Shown one piece after another: positions 1 to 11,107 of a stretch of DNA of 64,000 nt. Made by a program: the position numbers and the translations under genes. Numbering within the stretch: the stretch's first letter is position 1; each line of letters opens with the position of its first letter. Location of the stretch: contig JAOPTT010000010.1 in assembly GCA_051531975.1 (NCBI GenBank), forward strand, positions 160,001 through 224,000. Direction: 5' to 3'. The notes beneath the pieces are model-generated. The model was not told the origin of the DNA, did no database searches, and saw only the letters and a program-made list of their open reading frames with translations. The DNA comes from Spirochaetaceae bacterium. GTDB lineage: Bacteria; Spirochaetota; Spirochaetia; DSM-2461.

Positions 1-326
1 CTTCATATAAAAAACAGGACAAAGCATCTTTAACTAAAGTACTGTTTCCAAGAATATTTGATGAAGATATGAATTTAATCATGGACTTATCTATGGTTGA
101 GCCGGAATATATGAAAAAATGGGGAATGGTTATTTATGGGAATAGTTTTGATGAAAACTTATATCAAAAAAGAATTGGAATATCTCCACTAAGAATAATA
201 GCTAAGGGTCTCTTTGGTACTAATAATAGTGATATTATAATATCTAAAGAAGAAGCTGATAAACTAATTGGCTCTACTAAAAATTTAAATATTATATCCC
301 AATCTAGAATATTAATAATCAATTAA
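1..326 (+). CDS. Hypothetical protein, C-terminal part (5'-truncated by window edge)
   Basis: The frame of ORF 69..326 is open back to position 3 (SYKKQDKASLTKVLFPRIFDEDMNL...), so the gene begins upstream of the window. Confidence 0.75.
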   Translation, partial: SYKKQDKASLTKVLFPRIFDEDMNLIMDLSMVEPEYMKKWGMVIYGNSFDENLYQKRIGISPLRIIAKGLFGTNNSDIIISKEEADKLIGSTKNLNIISQSRILIIN

Positions 327-362
327 GTATAATCGTTAAAAACTCTTCTAGGAGATATAATA

Positions 363-1643
363 ATGCACAAAGTTAAAATGTTGCTAACATCCCTTTTATT
401 AATATTATCACTATATTCCTGTACCCGTTATATTGGTTATGGAGTAGTACTTGTCCCAGAAGAAGATAGTGAATTAAAATCTGGTACATTAATAAAAATA
501 ACTAAAGAGTCTAGGATTAGAGAAACTTGGGTTTATAATTCAGATGTCGAAGAACATATAGAAATAAAAAAATGGCGAGTAAAAGATTATGAGAAGTTAG
601 AACAAGCTGAAGAGTTTATAAAGAACTTTAGTGAATATAAAGATTATTATGCTATTTCAAATAGAAATAGTTTTAGTATGAGAGTAAAACCTGATCAATA
701 TGCAGCCCTTGTTTATAGACTAAAAAACAATCAAAGAGTTAAAGTAATTGGTCGAAGTTCAGAAAAAGATGACTCGGTTGGAAGTTGGAATGAACATTGG
801 TGGAATCTGATTACCCACGACGGTATTGAAGGTTGGAGTTATGGTTCTTATTTAAGTATTTATGATAATGGGAAAGTTATTCATACAAATGTAGAAGAAG
901 ATGGACCTGAAATCGATAACTTTTTCAAAAGTGTTTGGAGACCATATTATTTTTGGGATATGCAAAAGTCAAGAAACATTGATTTAAATAAGTTCAAATC
1001 TAAATTTAAACTAGCAACTGACATTGATAACCGAGAGATAACAATATCAATGCCTGACCACTATGAGACATTTAAATTTACTGAGTTTAAAAGATCCGGG
1101 GATAATAATTATAATCTTATTGGATCTAACGTTCAGTTAGATTTTTCATATGGTGGAGCGGTTACAGTTATATACTCTGTAGATTCAAAATCCTATGAAA
1201 CAACATTTATTAATATGGCGGATAGTCTAGTGAATGAAATAATAAATACAGAATTAACTTCGAGAAAGATAAAATATAATGAATTCCTCTTCCAAGGTCC
1301 TAATTTTGAAAGTAAAGTATATGGAAAAATCACTTTTATAGATGGAAATAAATTTATTTGGGAAGATAAAGAAAATCTACTATCAAGACAATTATTAACT
1401 AATAATGCTGGAAATAGTGGAACAATTACATTTGATAACTTTTTAGGTGACGAAATAATGGGAATATACGAAGGGGTTATTACATTTGATTTTGGATCTA
1501 GACAAGAATTAACTTTTTTATATAACTTTGAATCTGGTGGACTTAAATTACTCTATCTTCCCTCTAAAAACATTAAAGCTAAAGTAGTAGAAACTGATGA
1601 TTTCTACAATCCTATACAACTCTTTTTTACAGGACAACAGTAG
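363..1643 (+). CDS. SH3-like domain lipoprotein
   Basis: Lipobox LYSC; bacterial SH3-like segment (SMRVKPD...VYRLKNNQRVKVIG...WWNLITHDGIEGWSYGSYL); SD AGGAG upstream. Confidence 0.75.
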   Translation: MHKVKMLLTSLLLILSLYSCTRYIGYGVVLVPEEDSELKSGTLIKITKESRIRETWVYNSDVEEHIEIKKWRVKDYEKLEQAEEFIKNFSEYKDYYAISNRNSFSMRVKPDQYAALVYRLKNNQRVKVIGRSSEKDDSVGSWNEHWWNLITHDGIEGWSYGSYLSIYDNGKVIHTNVEEDGPEIDNFFKSVWRPYYFWDMQKSRNIDLNKFKSKFKLATDIDNREITISMPDHYETFKFTEFKRSGDNNYNLIGSNVQLDFSYGGAVTVIYSVDSKSYETTFINMADSLVNEIINTELTSRKIKYNEFLFQGPNFESKVYGKITFIDGNKFIWEDKENLLSRQLLTNNAGNSGTITFDNFLGDEIMGIYEGVITFDFGSRQELTFLYNFESGGLKLLYLPSKNIKAKVVETDDFYNPIQLFFTGQQ

Positions 1644-3569
1644 ATGACGACAGCTCAGGCAATAAATATTGGAATAGCATTTGGTGATAGAGATGTTTTA
1701 AAAGATGTGAATATAACATTAACTGATATCAGTAGAATTGCTCTATCTGGTGGGAATGGTAGTGGTAAATCTACATTGATGAAGATTCTTGCAGGTGTTA
1801 ATAGTCCAGATACTGGAACTGTTTCAATACCAAAGAATGCGAGGAACTACTATCTACCACAATCTGGTATAGTTTTTAAAGATAATACTCTGTTAGATGA
1901 AGCGGAAGAAGCATTTAATCATATTAAAGATCAAATTTTAGTTATGGATAAAATAGCAGAAGAGCTTACTCATTGTACCGAGGATAAACATGATAAACTA
2001 TTAGAAGATTATAATGATTTACATGAACATATTGTTGATAGTGGCTATTATTCTAGAGAAAACGATATAACAAGTATATTACAAGGACTAGGTTTTAAGT
2101 TAACTGAGTTTACTAAAAAAACATCAGAGTTCTCTGGTGGTTGGCAGATGAGAATAGCTCTAGCCAAAGCTCTACTAATGCGACCACAGCTTCTTTTATT
2201 AGATGAACCAACAAACTATTTAGATATTGAAGCAAGAGACTGGTTAGGAAGTTTTTTAAAGAACTTTACTGGTGGTGTTTTAATCGTAAGTCATGATAGA
2301 TTCTTTTTAGATCAGGTAGTTGATCATGTAGCAGAGTTATTTAGTGGAAAGTTAAAACTTTATAAAGGTAATTATTCTAAATATGAAAAATTAAGAGAGA
2401 TTGAGTTAGAAGAACTTCTTAGTTTATATAAAAAGCAGCAAGATGAAATTGCTAAACATGAAAACTTTATTAGAAGATTTAAATCAAAAGCATCTAAAGC
2501 AACCCAGGCTCAATCCCACGTAAAACAATTAGATAAAATAGAGAGAATAGAGATCCCATCTAGTATGCAAAAAATGCATATAAAGTTTCCTGATCCACCC
2601 CATAGTGGAAAAAACGTATTAACATTAGAAGATTTAAATAGATCCTATGGTTCTAGTAAAATAATCAATAACCTAGATCTTCACTTAGAAAAAGGTGAAA
2701 AGTTAGTTATTGCAGGGAAAAATGGTGCAGGAAAATCTACTCTACTTAGGGTTCTAGCAGGAGTTGATACTGAATATACAGGAAATTTCAGACTAGGAAC
2801 CGATGTAAAAGTTGGATATTTTTCTCAAGATCATGGTGAACATCTTGCACCAGAACATACAATTTTAGAAGAATTAGAAAATGAAAGTCCAACTGAATTA
2901 ATACCAAAGTTAAGAAGTCTTTTAGGAGCATTTTTATTCCAAGGTGACGATGTTTTTAAACACATAAGTATATTAAGTGGTGGTGAGAAAAATAGAGTAT
3001 CCCTATTAAAACTTCTATTAAAACCATTTAATCTGCTTATATTAGATGAGCCAACAAACCATTTAGACCTTATGTCTAAAGATGTTTTACTAGATGCATT
3101 AAAAGATTATAAAGGTACACTTATATTTGTATCCCATGATCGTTACTTTATCGAACGATTAGCAGGTAAAGTACTACACTTAGAAAATGGCACGCATAAG
3201 TTATATATTGGTGATTATAAGTATTATAAATGGAAATCTGAACAAGATATTAGTGTTGACTCTGAAGAGACCTTAGTAAAAGAAGTTAAGCAATCAAAAC
3301 TTAGCCGGGATGAAGATAAAAAGATAAAAAATCAGATCCAGAAACTTGAGAAGCTAGAAACAGAGTTAATGCATTTAATAGATATCCAAGGTGAAAAGAC
3401 CCAAGATCTTCATAAATTAATGGGTCTAGAAGAGAATTATAGTGATCAGGCTAAGGCTATTAAAATTCAGGACGATATTAAAATAAGCCAAGATAAAGAA
3501 GAGCAACTAACCATGGAATGGGAAGAGGCTTCTATGAAGCTTGAGGAAGCTAAAGAAAAAAGAGGTTAA
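1644..3569 (+). CDS. ABC-F family ATPase
   Basis: Two NBDs (GGNGSGKST/FSGGW/LLLDEPTN and GKNGAGKST/LSGGE/LILDEPTN), no TM segments, C-terminal coiled coil. Confidence 0.93.
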   Translation: MTTAQAINIGIAFGDRDVLKDVNITLTDISRIALSGGNGSGKSTLMKILAGVNSPDTGTVSIPKNARNYYLPQSGIVFKDNTLLDEAEEAFNHIKDQILVMDKIAEELTHCTEDKHDKLLEDYNDLHEHIVDSGYYSRENDITSILQGLGFKLTEFTKKTSEFSGGWQMRIALAKALLMRPQLLLLDEPTNYLDIEARDWLGSFLKNFTGGVLIVSHDRFFLDQVVDHVAELFSGKLKLYKGNYSKYEKLREIELEELLSLYKKQQDEIAKHENFIRRFKSKASKATQAQSHVKQLDKIERIEIPSSMQKMHIKFPDPPHSGKNVLTLEDLNRSYGSSKIINNLDLHLEKGEKLVIAGKNGAGKSTLLRVLAGVDTEYTGNFRLGTDVKVGYFSQDHGEHLAPEHTILEELENESPTELIPKLRSLLGAFLFQGDDVFKHISILSGGEKNRVSLLKLLLKPFNLLILDEPTNHLDLMSKDVLLDALKDYKGTLIFVSHDRYFIERLAGKVLHLENGTHKLYIGDYKYYKWKSEQDISVDSEETLVKEVKQSKLSRDEDKKIKNQIQKLEKLETELMHLIDIQGEKTQDLHKLMGLEENYSDQAKAIKIQDDIKISQDKEEQLTMEWEEASMKLEEAKEKRG

Positions 3570-3572
3570 AAG

Positions 3573-4193
3573 TTGAAAATTAGAATTAAATATAATGCTC
3601 CAGTATCTTTAACTTTCATTATACTAAGCTCATTGATTCTTTTTCTAAATACCCATGTAAATGCATTTTTAATATCAGATTGGTTTACTGCAGATGGTAG
3701 AATGAGTTTCAATTATAGTGACCCAATGGGTTACATAAAATTTATATCCCATATCCTAGGACATACTGATATAGAGCACTTTTTAGGAAATGCAATTTAT
3801 TTAATTCTTTTAGGACCAATTCTAGAAGAGAAATATAAATCTTTAGTATTATTTGGTTTAATTATTACTACAGCTGTAATATCTAGTCTAATAAATGCTT
3901 TTTTTGTAGATACTTATATGCTTGGGGCAAGTGGAATTGTATATCTTTTTATTGTATTAGTTTCATTTACGAACATAGAAAAAGGGGAATTCCCCCTATC
4001 TGTTGTCGTCGTATTAGGTTTCTATATTTATAAAGAATTTACTAGAGAAGATGCTGGGAATATTTCGGTTTTAACCCATCTAGTCGGTGCTGTTACAGGA
4101 CTACTTTATGGATTATTAACAGTAATGGTAGGATTCTCGGGCTCTAATAAAAACAGAAGAGATAATTCTAACGATGTTACAGTGGTCAGGTAG
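3573..4193 (+). CDS. Rhomboid family intramembrane serine protease
   Basis: Multi-TM; HxxxxHFLGN motif, GASG catalytic Ser, HLVG catalytic His; TTG start. Confidence 0.88.
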   Translation: MKIRIKYNAPVSLTFIILSSLILFLNTHVNAFLISDWFTADGRMSFNYSDPMGYIKFISHILGHTDIEHFLGNAIYLILLGPILEEKYKSLVLFGLIITTAVISSLINAFFVDTYMLGASGIVYLFIVLVSFTNIEKGEFPLSVVVVLGFYIYKEFTREDAGNISVLTHLVGAVTGLLYGLLTVMVGFSGSNKNRRDNSNDVTVVR

Positions 4194-4263
4194 TAATATT
4201 ACTAGGAACTTTTGCTTAGATTAACAATTGATAAGAAACATTTAAACTGTTAAACTTCCTGTT

Positions 4264-5328
4264 ATGAAAATAGAACTTAAACTAGAAGGTATGGTAAGAA
4301 GATTTGCCGACCTAGAAAAATTAATTAGTGACCCTGACGTACTATCTGATCAAAAAAAATATAAAGACCTTATGGTTGAATATTCCCACCTAGGGGATAT
4401 AGTAAATGCTTATAATACATATAAAGATCTAGTCCAAAATATAGCAGAAGCAAAAGAGATGTTAGAAATGGAAGACGATGCTGAAATGAAAGATATGGCT
4501 CGTGAGGAATTAAAAGAGTTAGAAGCAAAAATTGATCCTCTTTTACAAGAACTTCAAATTCTACTGGTTCCTAAAGATCCACTAGATGGTAAAGATATTA
4601 TTATGGAAATTAGAGCAGGAACTGGTGGTGACGAAGCAGCATTATTTGCATCGGATCTGTTTAGAATGTACTCACGATATGCTGAACAAAGAAAATGGAA
4701 AGTTGATATTATGTCATCTAATGAGATTGAGTTAGGTGGATTTAAAGAGATAATTTTTTCTATATCTGGTAAAAACGTATATGCAAACCTTAGATACGAA
4801 AGTGGTGGACACCGAGTACAAAGGGTTCCAATTACTGATTCTAACGGGCGGATTCAGACATCAGCTGCAACTGTTGCAGTACTACCTGAAGCTGAAGAAG
4901 CCGATGTTGATATTAAACAAAATGACCTTAAGATCGATGTATTTAGATCCCAGGGTTGTGGTGGTCAGTCAGTAAATACAACAGACTCCGCAGTTAGAAT
5001 AACCCACCTTCCAACCGGTGTTGTTGTTACATGTCAGGATGAAAAATCTCAACTAAAAAACAAAACAAAAGCTATGAAAGTTCTTAGAAGTAGAATTTTA
5101 GAGGCCGAACAATTAAGAGTTCATTCAGAGAGAGCAGATCATAGAAAAGAACAAGTTGGTTCAGGTGATAGATCCCAAAGAATTAGAACATATAACTACC
5201 CTCAGGGTAGAGTAACGGATCACAGAATTAATCTAACTTTATATAAATTAGATTCGTTTATGCAAGGTAACTTAGACGAGATGTTTGGTGCATTAAAACT
5301 AAGTGCTCAAGAGGATGCTTTAAAGTAA
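4264..5328 (+). CDS. prfA: Peptide chain release factor 1
   Basis: [11 protein letters not shown], PxT (PIT) stop-recognition motif, GGQ motif, IRTYNYPQ. Confidence 0.97.
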   Translation: MKIELKLEGMVRRFADLEKLISDPDVLSDQKKYKDLMVEYSHLGDIVNAYNTYKDLVQNIAEAKEMLEMEDDAEMKDMAREELKELEAKIDPLLQELQILLVPKDPLDGKDIIMEIRAGTGGDEAALFASDLFRMYSRYAEQRKWKVDIMSSNEIELGGFKEIIFSISGKNVYANLRYESGGHRVQRVPITDSNGRIQTSAATVAVLPEAEEADVDIKQNDLKIDVFRSQGCGGQSVNTTDSAVRITHLPTGVVVTCQDEKSQLKNKTKAMKVLRSRILEAEQLRVHSERADHRKEQVGSGDRSQRIRTYNYPQGRVTDHRINLTLYKLDSFMQGNLDEMFGALKLSAQEDALK

Positions 5329-5330
5329 TA

Positions 5331-6167
5331 GTGGATATAAGAGAATTAATTAACAGAGGGGCTGTTCTACTAAAAAATAACTCAGAATCCCCTAGGTTAG
5401 ATTCTAATCTTTTATTAGCATCGACCTTAGGAATGGATAGAGCCAAACTATTGGCCTCTTATCCTGATGTTGTATCCAAGGACAAAGAAACCATTTTTTT
5501 GGATCTAATAAACAGACGAAGTGATGGTTTTCCTGTGTCCTATCTGCTAAATGAAAAAGAATTTTATGGGCAGATCTTTTATATTGAAGAGGGAGTACTT
5601 ACACCTAGGCCTGATACTGAGATTTTAGTAGAAACAACACTTAACCTAATAGACAAACATAATTTAAAAACTGCTTTAGACATGTGCACCGGAACAGGTT
5701 GTATTGCCATTTCATTACAAAATGAACAACCAGAACTTAATGTTATAGCAACAGATATATCCCCTATTGCAGAGAAAGTTTTTGGAATAAATAACAAAAA
5801 ACTAGTTAATAACAAAGTTAATTTTATTCATTCAAACTTATTTCAAAATCTTGATGGAAGACATTTTGATATAATTGCAACAAACCCACCTTATTTAACT
5901 AAAAAAGAGACAGATGATCGTATAGACATAGGTTGGAAAGAGCCAGCCTTAGCCTTAGATGGTGGAGATGATGGATTAGATCTAGTGAGAGATATAATAA
6001 AAGATTCACCAAAGTACTTAAATAAAAATGGGTGGTTGTTAATTGAAGCAGCTTCAGCCCAAATGTTAAATATGAAAGATGAAATGGAAAAAAACAGTTA
6101 TACCAATATAGAGGTTTATAAAGACCTTGCAGGATTAGAAAGAATTATAGTAGGTCAACATGAGTAA
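5331..6167 (+). CDS. prmC: Release factor glutamine N5-methyltransferase
   Basis: PRPDTE, DMCTGTG SAM motif, NPPY; directly after prfA. Confidence 0.96.
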   Translation: MDIRELINRGAVLLKNNSESPRLDSNLLLASTLGMDRAKLLASYPDVVSKDKETIFLDLINRRSDGFPVSYLLNEKEFYGQIFYIEEGVLTPRPDTEILVETTLNLIDKHNLKTALDMCTGTGCIAISLQNEQPELNVIATDISPIAEKVFGINNKKLVNNKVNFIHSNLFQNLDGRHFDIIATNPPYLTKKETDDRIDIGWKEPALALDGGDDGLDLVRDIIKDSPKYLNKNGWLLIEAASAQMLNMKDEMEKNSYTNIEVYKDLAGLERIIVGQHE

Positions 6168-8187
6168 CTTGATAACAGAAAACGACATAGATTCAATATT
6201 AGTAGAGCTTCAGAGTCATTTAAATATTTATACTGATATAGAAAAAACAGAGATAATGAAGGCTGCGACCTGGGCTGTAAACCAACATAAAGGACAGTTA
6301 AGAGCGAGTGGAGAACCATATATTATCCATCCAATATCTGTTGCAGAGACTCTAATAAAATTAAAAATGGATGTTCCCACAGTTGTGGGAGGTCTATTAC
6401 ACGACGTAATTGAAGATACAACAATTTCCGAAGCTGAATTTACCAAATTATTTGGTGCAGAAGTTACAGCTCTTGTTAATGGTGTAACAAAAATTAGTAT
6501 TGTTAATGCTGAGAGTAAAAGTATACAGGAATCAGAGACTATTAGAAAAATGTTTTTAGCTATGGTTAAAGATATTAGAGTAATACTTATTAAACTAGCA
6601 GATAAAAAGCATAACATGAGTACACTGCATTTTTTAAGACCGGAGAAACAGCAAAGAATAGCCAGAGAATGTTTAGATATATATGCACCTTTAGCAGGAA
6701 AGCTTGGTATTTATGGTCTTAAATCAGAACTAGAAGATGCATCACTTAAATACCTTGATAAAGAAACTTACCATGAAATAAAAACTTTTATATCAGATAA
6801 AAAAAGAAAAAGACAACAGTTCTTGGCAAGAATAGAACAAAATATAATAGATGCTTCTAAAGAGCAGGGTATAACCATTAATGTTAAATCTAGAGCAAAA
6901 CATTTTTACTCCATTTATAATAAAATGGTTAATAAACAGAAAGATCTAGTTGATATATATGATCTATTAGGTGTTAGAATACTATGCTCAACAACATTTG
7001 AGTGTTATAACATATTGGGACTAGTACATAGTTTATGGAGCCCTATTGCAGGAAGATTTAAAGATTATATTGCTATGCCTAAAGAGAATAACTACCAAAG
7101 TCTACATACAACTGTAATGGGTGAAAAAGGTAAAACTTTCGAAGTACAGATTAGAACTTTTAAAATGAATCAAACTGCAGAATTTGGTATTGCTGCACAC
7201 TGGTTATATAAAGAGGGAAAAAAAGATGGCCATATTAAGGCATCTGATCTTGCAGTAATTAATAAATTAAAAACTTGGAAAGATGTTAATATCGATTCAG
7301 TAGAGTATTTAAATACGGTTATGGGGGATCTACTTCAAGATTCTATATATGTCTATACTCCTAAAGGTGAGATTATAGAGCTACCTAAAGGTGCCACAGC
7401 CCTAGATTTTGCATATCATATACATACTCAAATTGGTGATACATGTGTAGGAGCAAAAGCAAATAATAAAATTATACCATTAACCAAACCTCTAAAAAAT
7501 ACTCAGATTATATCGGTAATGACATCTCCAAATGCCCACCCCCATGTAAACTGGTTAAAACATGTTAAAACTGCAAGAGCCAAAAGTAAAATTAGAAACT
7601 GGTTAAATACTCATCATGAAACTGTTCATGCTGAAAAAAGTATTATTGTTGATAACTCAAAAACAAAACCAATTAAAGAAGAGCACTTTGAAACCTTTGT
7701 GGATAAGGTAGAATTAGTAGAACATCAGGAAGTACATAATAGTGATACCAGTTCTATTATTATTGGAGATGAAACAAACCTTCTTGTTAGCTTTGCAAAT
7801 TGTTGTCACCCTGTTATTGGGGATCAAATAGTAGGATTTGTCTCTAGAGGTCGTGGTGTTATTGTACATAAAAAGAACTGCCCTAACCTACCAGGAATAA
7901 ATGAGTTTAAAGAGCGAGAGATTCATATATCATGGGAAGCAGAAAGTCTAAATACAGTTAGAAAGTGTCGGGTAACAGCCCAAAGAACCCCGGGTATTTT
8001 TAGTGAAATAGAAGGTACCCTAAAAAAATATAGAGCACATCTGATTTCTGGTGTGTTAGATGAGAATGATAGAGGAATGTTAGAAGGAAATTTTACAATT
8101 GAACTCGCAAGTGGGGATGATTTTAAAAAAATACTTAAAAACATCCGAGCTATACCTTCAATTAATTTAGTACAGGAAATAAAATAA
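6160..8187 (+). CDS. relA: Bifunctional (p)ppGpp synthetase/hydrolase (long RSH)
   Basis: HD hydrolase (LLHDVIED), synthetase (RFKD, YQSLHT, EVQIRT), TGS (DFAYHIHT), CC zinc region and ACT-like end. Confidence 0.95.
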   Translation: MSNLITENDIDSILVELQSHLNIYTDIEKTEIMKAATWAVNQHKGQLRASGEPYIIHPISVAETLIKLKMDVPTVVGGLLHDVIEDTTISEAEFTKLFGAEVTALVNGVTKISIVNAESKSIQESETIRKMFLAMVKDIRVILIKLADKKHNMSTLHFLRPEKQQRIARECLDIYAPLAGKLGIYGLKSELEDASLKYLDKETYHEIKTFISDKKRKRQQFLARIEQNIIDASKEQGITINVKSRAKHFYSIYNKMVNKQKDLVDIYDLLGVRILCSTTFECYNILGLVHSLWSPIAGRFKDYIAMPKENNYQSLHTTVMGEKGKTFEVQIRTFKMNQTAEFGIAAHWLYKEGKKDGHIKASDLAVINKLKTWKDVNIDSVEYLNTVMGDLLQDSIYVYTPKGEIIELPKGATALDFAYHIHTQIGDTCVGAKANNKIIPLTKPLKNTQIISVMTSPNAHPHVNWLKHVKTARAKSKIRNWLNTHHETVHAEKSIIVDNSKTKPIKEEHFETFVDKVELVEHQEVHNSDTSSIIIGDETNLLVSFANCCHPVIGDQIVGFVSRGRGVIVHKKNCPNLPGINEFKEREIHISWEAESLNTVRKCRVTAQRTPGIFSEIEGTLKKYRAHLISGVLDENDRGMLEGNFTIELASGDDFKKILKNIRAIPSINLVQEIK

Positions 8188-8690
8188 TGGAATTAAATAT
8201 AGTATTACATGAACCAGAAATACCTCAAAATACAGGAAATATAGCTAGAACATGCGCTGCTGTTGGAGCGAGCCTTCACCTAATCGAACCACTTGGTTTC
8301 AAAATTGATGAAAAAAGTGTTCGAAGAGCTGGTCTTGATTATTGGGACAAACTAGGGGTTAAAACATATAAAAATCTAGATGAGTTTTTTTTATTAAATC
8401 CTGATGGGCAATATGTATTTGGAACCACAAAAGCAAGAATAAATCATACACAGATAAAATATCAAAAAAAATGTTATATCTTTTTTGGTAAGGAGTCAAA
8501 AGGTTTACCAGAGGAATTATTAACTAAATATCCGGAAGGATGTGTAAGAATTCCTATGAAAAGCGAGTTAAGATCATTAAATTTATCTAACTGTGCTGCT
8601 ATAATGGCATATGAAGCTTTAAGACAAAATAATTTTGAGTCTCTTAGCTCCGAGGGAAATCTTCATAATTTAAGTTGGGACGAGAATTGA
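8187..8690 (+). CDS. trmL: tRNA (cytidine/uridine-34 2'-O)-methyltransferase, SPOUT family
   Basis: EPEIPQNTGNIAR, RRAGLDYW, FGKESKGLP, RSLNLS motifs. Confidence 0.93.
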   Translation: MELNIVLHEPEIPQNTGNIARTCAAVGASLHLIEPLGFKIDEKSVRRAGLDYWDKLGVKTYKNLDEFFLLNPDGQYVFGTTKARINHTQIKYQKKCYIFFGKESKGLPEELLTKYPEGCVRIPMKSELRSLNLSNCAAIMAYEALRQNNFESLSSEGNLHNLSWDEN

Positions 8691-9835
8691 AAATAATTAT
8701 AGTATTCTTATTTTTATTAACAATACCACTAATTGTAGCTGAAGAGACTAAAATTGATGATACTAAAATTGATGATACTAAAATTGATGATACTATAACT
8801 GATGATACTTTAACCGACGATACTTTAACTGATGATACTTTAACTGATGATACTAAAACTGAAGAGATAGTTATTGACTACTGGGCAATACCAGATGATG
8901 AATTAGTTCAATTAGCTGAAACTGGAGACAGAGAAGCGCAGTATTATTTAGGTGTTTTAATTAGTGAGCTTGAAAATTCGCACAACATTACAAGGTTAGG
9001 ATATGTTGATAGAAATAAGTATCATTGGTTTGAACTAGCGGCAGCTCAAAATCATGGGAAATCACTAACTATAATTGGGAAAGAGTATCTAACTGCTTTT
9101 GGTTATTATAGAAATCAAGATTATATAAAAGCAGAAGAACACTTTACAGCTGGAATGTCTGAAGATCCTGAATCACTACTGCTAATTAGTATTTTAACCT
9201 ATTATGGTCTTGGAGCAGTCTCTGACAAATTACTTGCAGAAAAATATCTTATAGAGTCACAACACACTTATTACAGAATCCCACCTATGATTCATCTTCA
9301 AAAAGAGTTAGTACAGATGATACGGGAATTAACACGAAAGGATATACCTGAAGCACTATTTATATTAGGTGATTTTTATTACACAGGTAAAACTGATTTT
9401 TATTTAAAAGATTATAAAAAAGCATTTCGAATCTTTAATAAAGCTGGGGAATTAGGAAATAGCTCTGCAGCCTTTATGTTAGGGACTATGTTATACGATG
9501 GTATTGGAGTTTTAAAAGATCTAAAACAAAGTTATAAATGGATTACTTTAAGTGCTCAATCTGGAAACCTCCAAGCTATAATTAAAGCTGGAATAATGAA
9601 TTATTTTGGAGATGGGACAACTATCGATTTAGAAAAAGCATTTAATTGGTTTAAAATAAGTGCAAAAGAAAATGACTCTCTATCCCAGTATTTCTTAGGA
9701 GTTATGTATTTTAAAGCTGAAGGTGTAGAACAAGATCTAAGCCAAACAAAGTATTGGATACAAAAAGCTTTTGAAAATGGTTCAGCTACTGCCAAAAGAT
9801 TCTGGGATAAAAATAAATTATGGTCAATTCCCTAG
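8687..9835 (+). CDS. Exported Sel1-like repeat protein
   Basis: Signal peptide (MKIIIVFLFLL) from a TTG overlapping the trmL stop (TTGA); multiple Sel1 repeats (AQYYLG, AAFMLGTMLYDGIGV..D..., SQYFLGVMYFKAEGV..D). The ORF track starts at 8675. Confidence 0.88.
   Translation: MKIIIVFLFLLTIPLIVAEETKIDDTKIDDTKIDDTITDDTLTDDTLTDDTLTDDTKTEEIVIDYWAIPDDELVQLAETGDREAQYYLGVLISELENSHNITRLGYVDRNKYHWFELAAAQNHGKSLTIIGKEYLTAFGYYRNQDYIKAEEHFTAGMSEDPESLLLISILTYYGLGAVSDKLLAEKYLIESQHTYYRIPPMIHLQKELVQMIRELTRKDIPEALFILGDFYYTGKTDFYLKDYKKAFRIFNKAGELGNSSAAFMLGTMLYDGIGVLKDLKQSYKWITLSAQSGNLQAIIKAGIMNYFGDGTTIDLEKAFNWFKISAKENDSLSQYFLGVMYFKAEGVEQDLSQTKYWIQKAFENGSATAKRFWDKNKLWSIP
8747..8866 (+). repeat. 15-bp in-frame tandem repeat, ~8 copies (TKIDD/TITDD/TLTDD)
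   Basis: Units ACTAAAATTGATGAT x3, ACTATAACTGATGAT, ACTTTAACCGACGAT, ACTTTAACTGATGAT x2, ACTAAAACTGAAGAG. Confidence 0.95.
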
Positions 9836-10957
9836 TTCATTAACTACTTTTCTCTTCTTTTTAACCTTGTTAAAACCAGCTCGTCCACCACGTTTAACAT
9901 AACGTCGTTTACCAGTTATTTTAATATTTTTTCTTTTTAGTAATAATCTTGCGGCATTTTCTACATCAGCATTAGGTGCAATCAATGGTTTTAAACTATC
10001 TTTAATATTTTGAACAAAATCTTTCATTACAATATTTTTACTATTAAAAACACCAAGACCGGTCAGATATGCATCAAGGAAATATGACAATGCTAAACCT
10101 TTACTTTTCTCTGAGCCTCTATATATCTTTTTATCAAGTTTATCTAAATCTTTTAATAATCGAGTTTTAAACTCTTTTTTATTCTTTCCTAATAGTGCAT
10201 CTCCAACTTCAGGGAATAGACATTCAAATGCTCTGTAATATATAATATCTTCAATAATTTTATTTGAACAACCAGATAATAAAATCTTAAAAACTTCTTC
10301 AATTAACCTTGAAACAGACACTGTATCTAGTAGATTGATCTCTTTTTTTATTTGACGTCTCAGTTTTAAAGGTATTTTTAATCTAGAAATATTACTATAT
10401 TTTATAGCACGAATCATTCTAACAGGATCTTCTTTAAAAGTTGTATCTAAGTCTATAATTGACTTTAATTTACTATTTCTTAAATCCTTTACTCCACCAA
10501 GATAATCAATTACTAGGTTATCAGATGGTGAATAATAGAGGGCATTAATAGTAAAGTCTCGTCTTAAAACATCCTCTTCTATATTACCATAATCATTATT
10601 ATTATTTGATGATTCTAAAGATCTAAATGTAGCTATTTCAAATATTTTAGGACCAAAATAAATATGTACAAGTTTAAAACGCTTACCAATTATTCTGGAA
10701 TTCTTAAAAGTTCTTCTAACTTCTTCTGGTAACGCATCGGTTGCTATATCAAAATCTTTTGGTTCTCTTCCTACCATTAAATCTCTTACTGCCCCACCAA
10801 CTATATATGCTTGGTAACCTCGGCGAGTTAGTTTCTCTATTATAGAAATTGCATCTCTATCTACAAATGCTTTATTTATATTATGCTCTAAAGGCTGATA
10901 TACCTCAGCTTGCTTTACAGGACGACCTTTTTTGTCAGTAGTATAACGAATTAACAT
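9824..10957 (-). CDS. pcnB: Poly(A) polymerase I
   Basis: VGGAVRD, KDFDIAT, RRDFTINAL and EDPVRMIR, plus the PAP-specific signature IIGKRFKLVHI; basic C-terminal tail. Confidence 0.9.
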   Translation of the reverse strand: MLIRYTTDKKGRPVKQAEVYQPLEHNINKAFVDRDAISIIEKLTRRGYQAYIVGGAVRDLMVGREPKDFDIATDALPEEVRRTFKNSRIIGKRFKLVHIYFGPKIFEIATFRSLESSNNNNDYGNIEEDVLRRDFTINALYYSPSDNLVIDYLGGVKDLRNSKLKSIIDLDTTFKEDPVRMIRAIKYSNISRLKIPLKLRRQIKKEINLLDTVSVSRLIEEVFKILLSGCSNKIIEDIIYYRAFECLFPEVGDALLGKNKKEFKTRLLKDLDKLDKKIYRGSEKSKGLALSYFLDAYLTGLGVFNSKNIVMKDFVQNIKDSLKPLIAPNADVENAARLLLKRKNIKITGKRRYVKRGGRAGFNKVKKKRKVVNELGN

Positions 10958-11043
10958 AATAAGAAATGTAACCTATAATCTCTCGATATTCAACCATTAA
11001 GAATTATGAATAAACTGGACAGTAAAGGTACTCGATGTTAATA

Positions 11044-11071
11044 TTTATCTTTATAGTAAAACTGCCGATAT
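11044..11071 (+). promoter_or_regulatory. Possible sigma-28 (FliA)-type promoter for the phosphatase pair
   Basis: Near-perfect -10 GCCGATAT at 11064-11071, 36 nt before the ATG; the -35 position reads TTTA/TTAT rather than TAAA. Confidence 0.35.
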
Positions 11072-11107
11072 AGATTAAGTCTGATAAACTCAAATTAAGG
11101 ATAATTA

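Noticed and set aside
4191..4204. Perfect 14-bp palindrome TAGTAATATTACTA before prfA
   Set aside because: Almost all A/T in a very AT-rich genome and overlapping a stop codon; no independent support.
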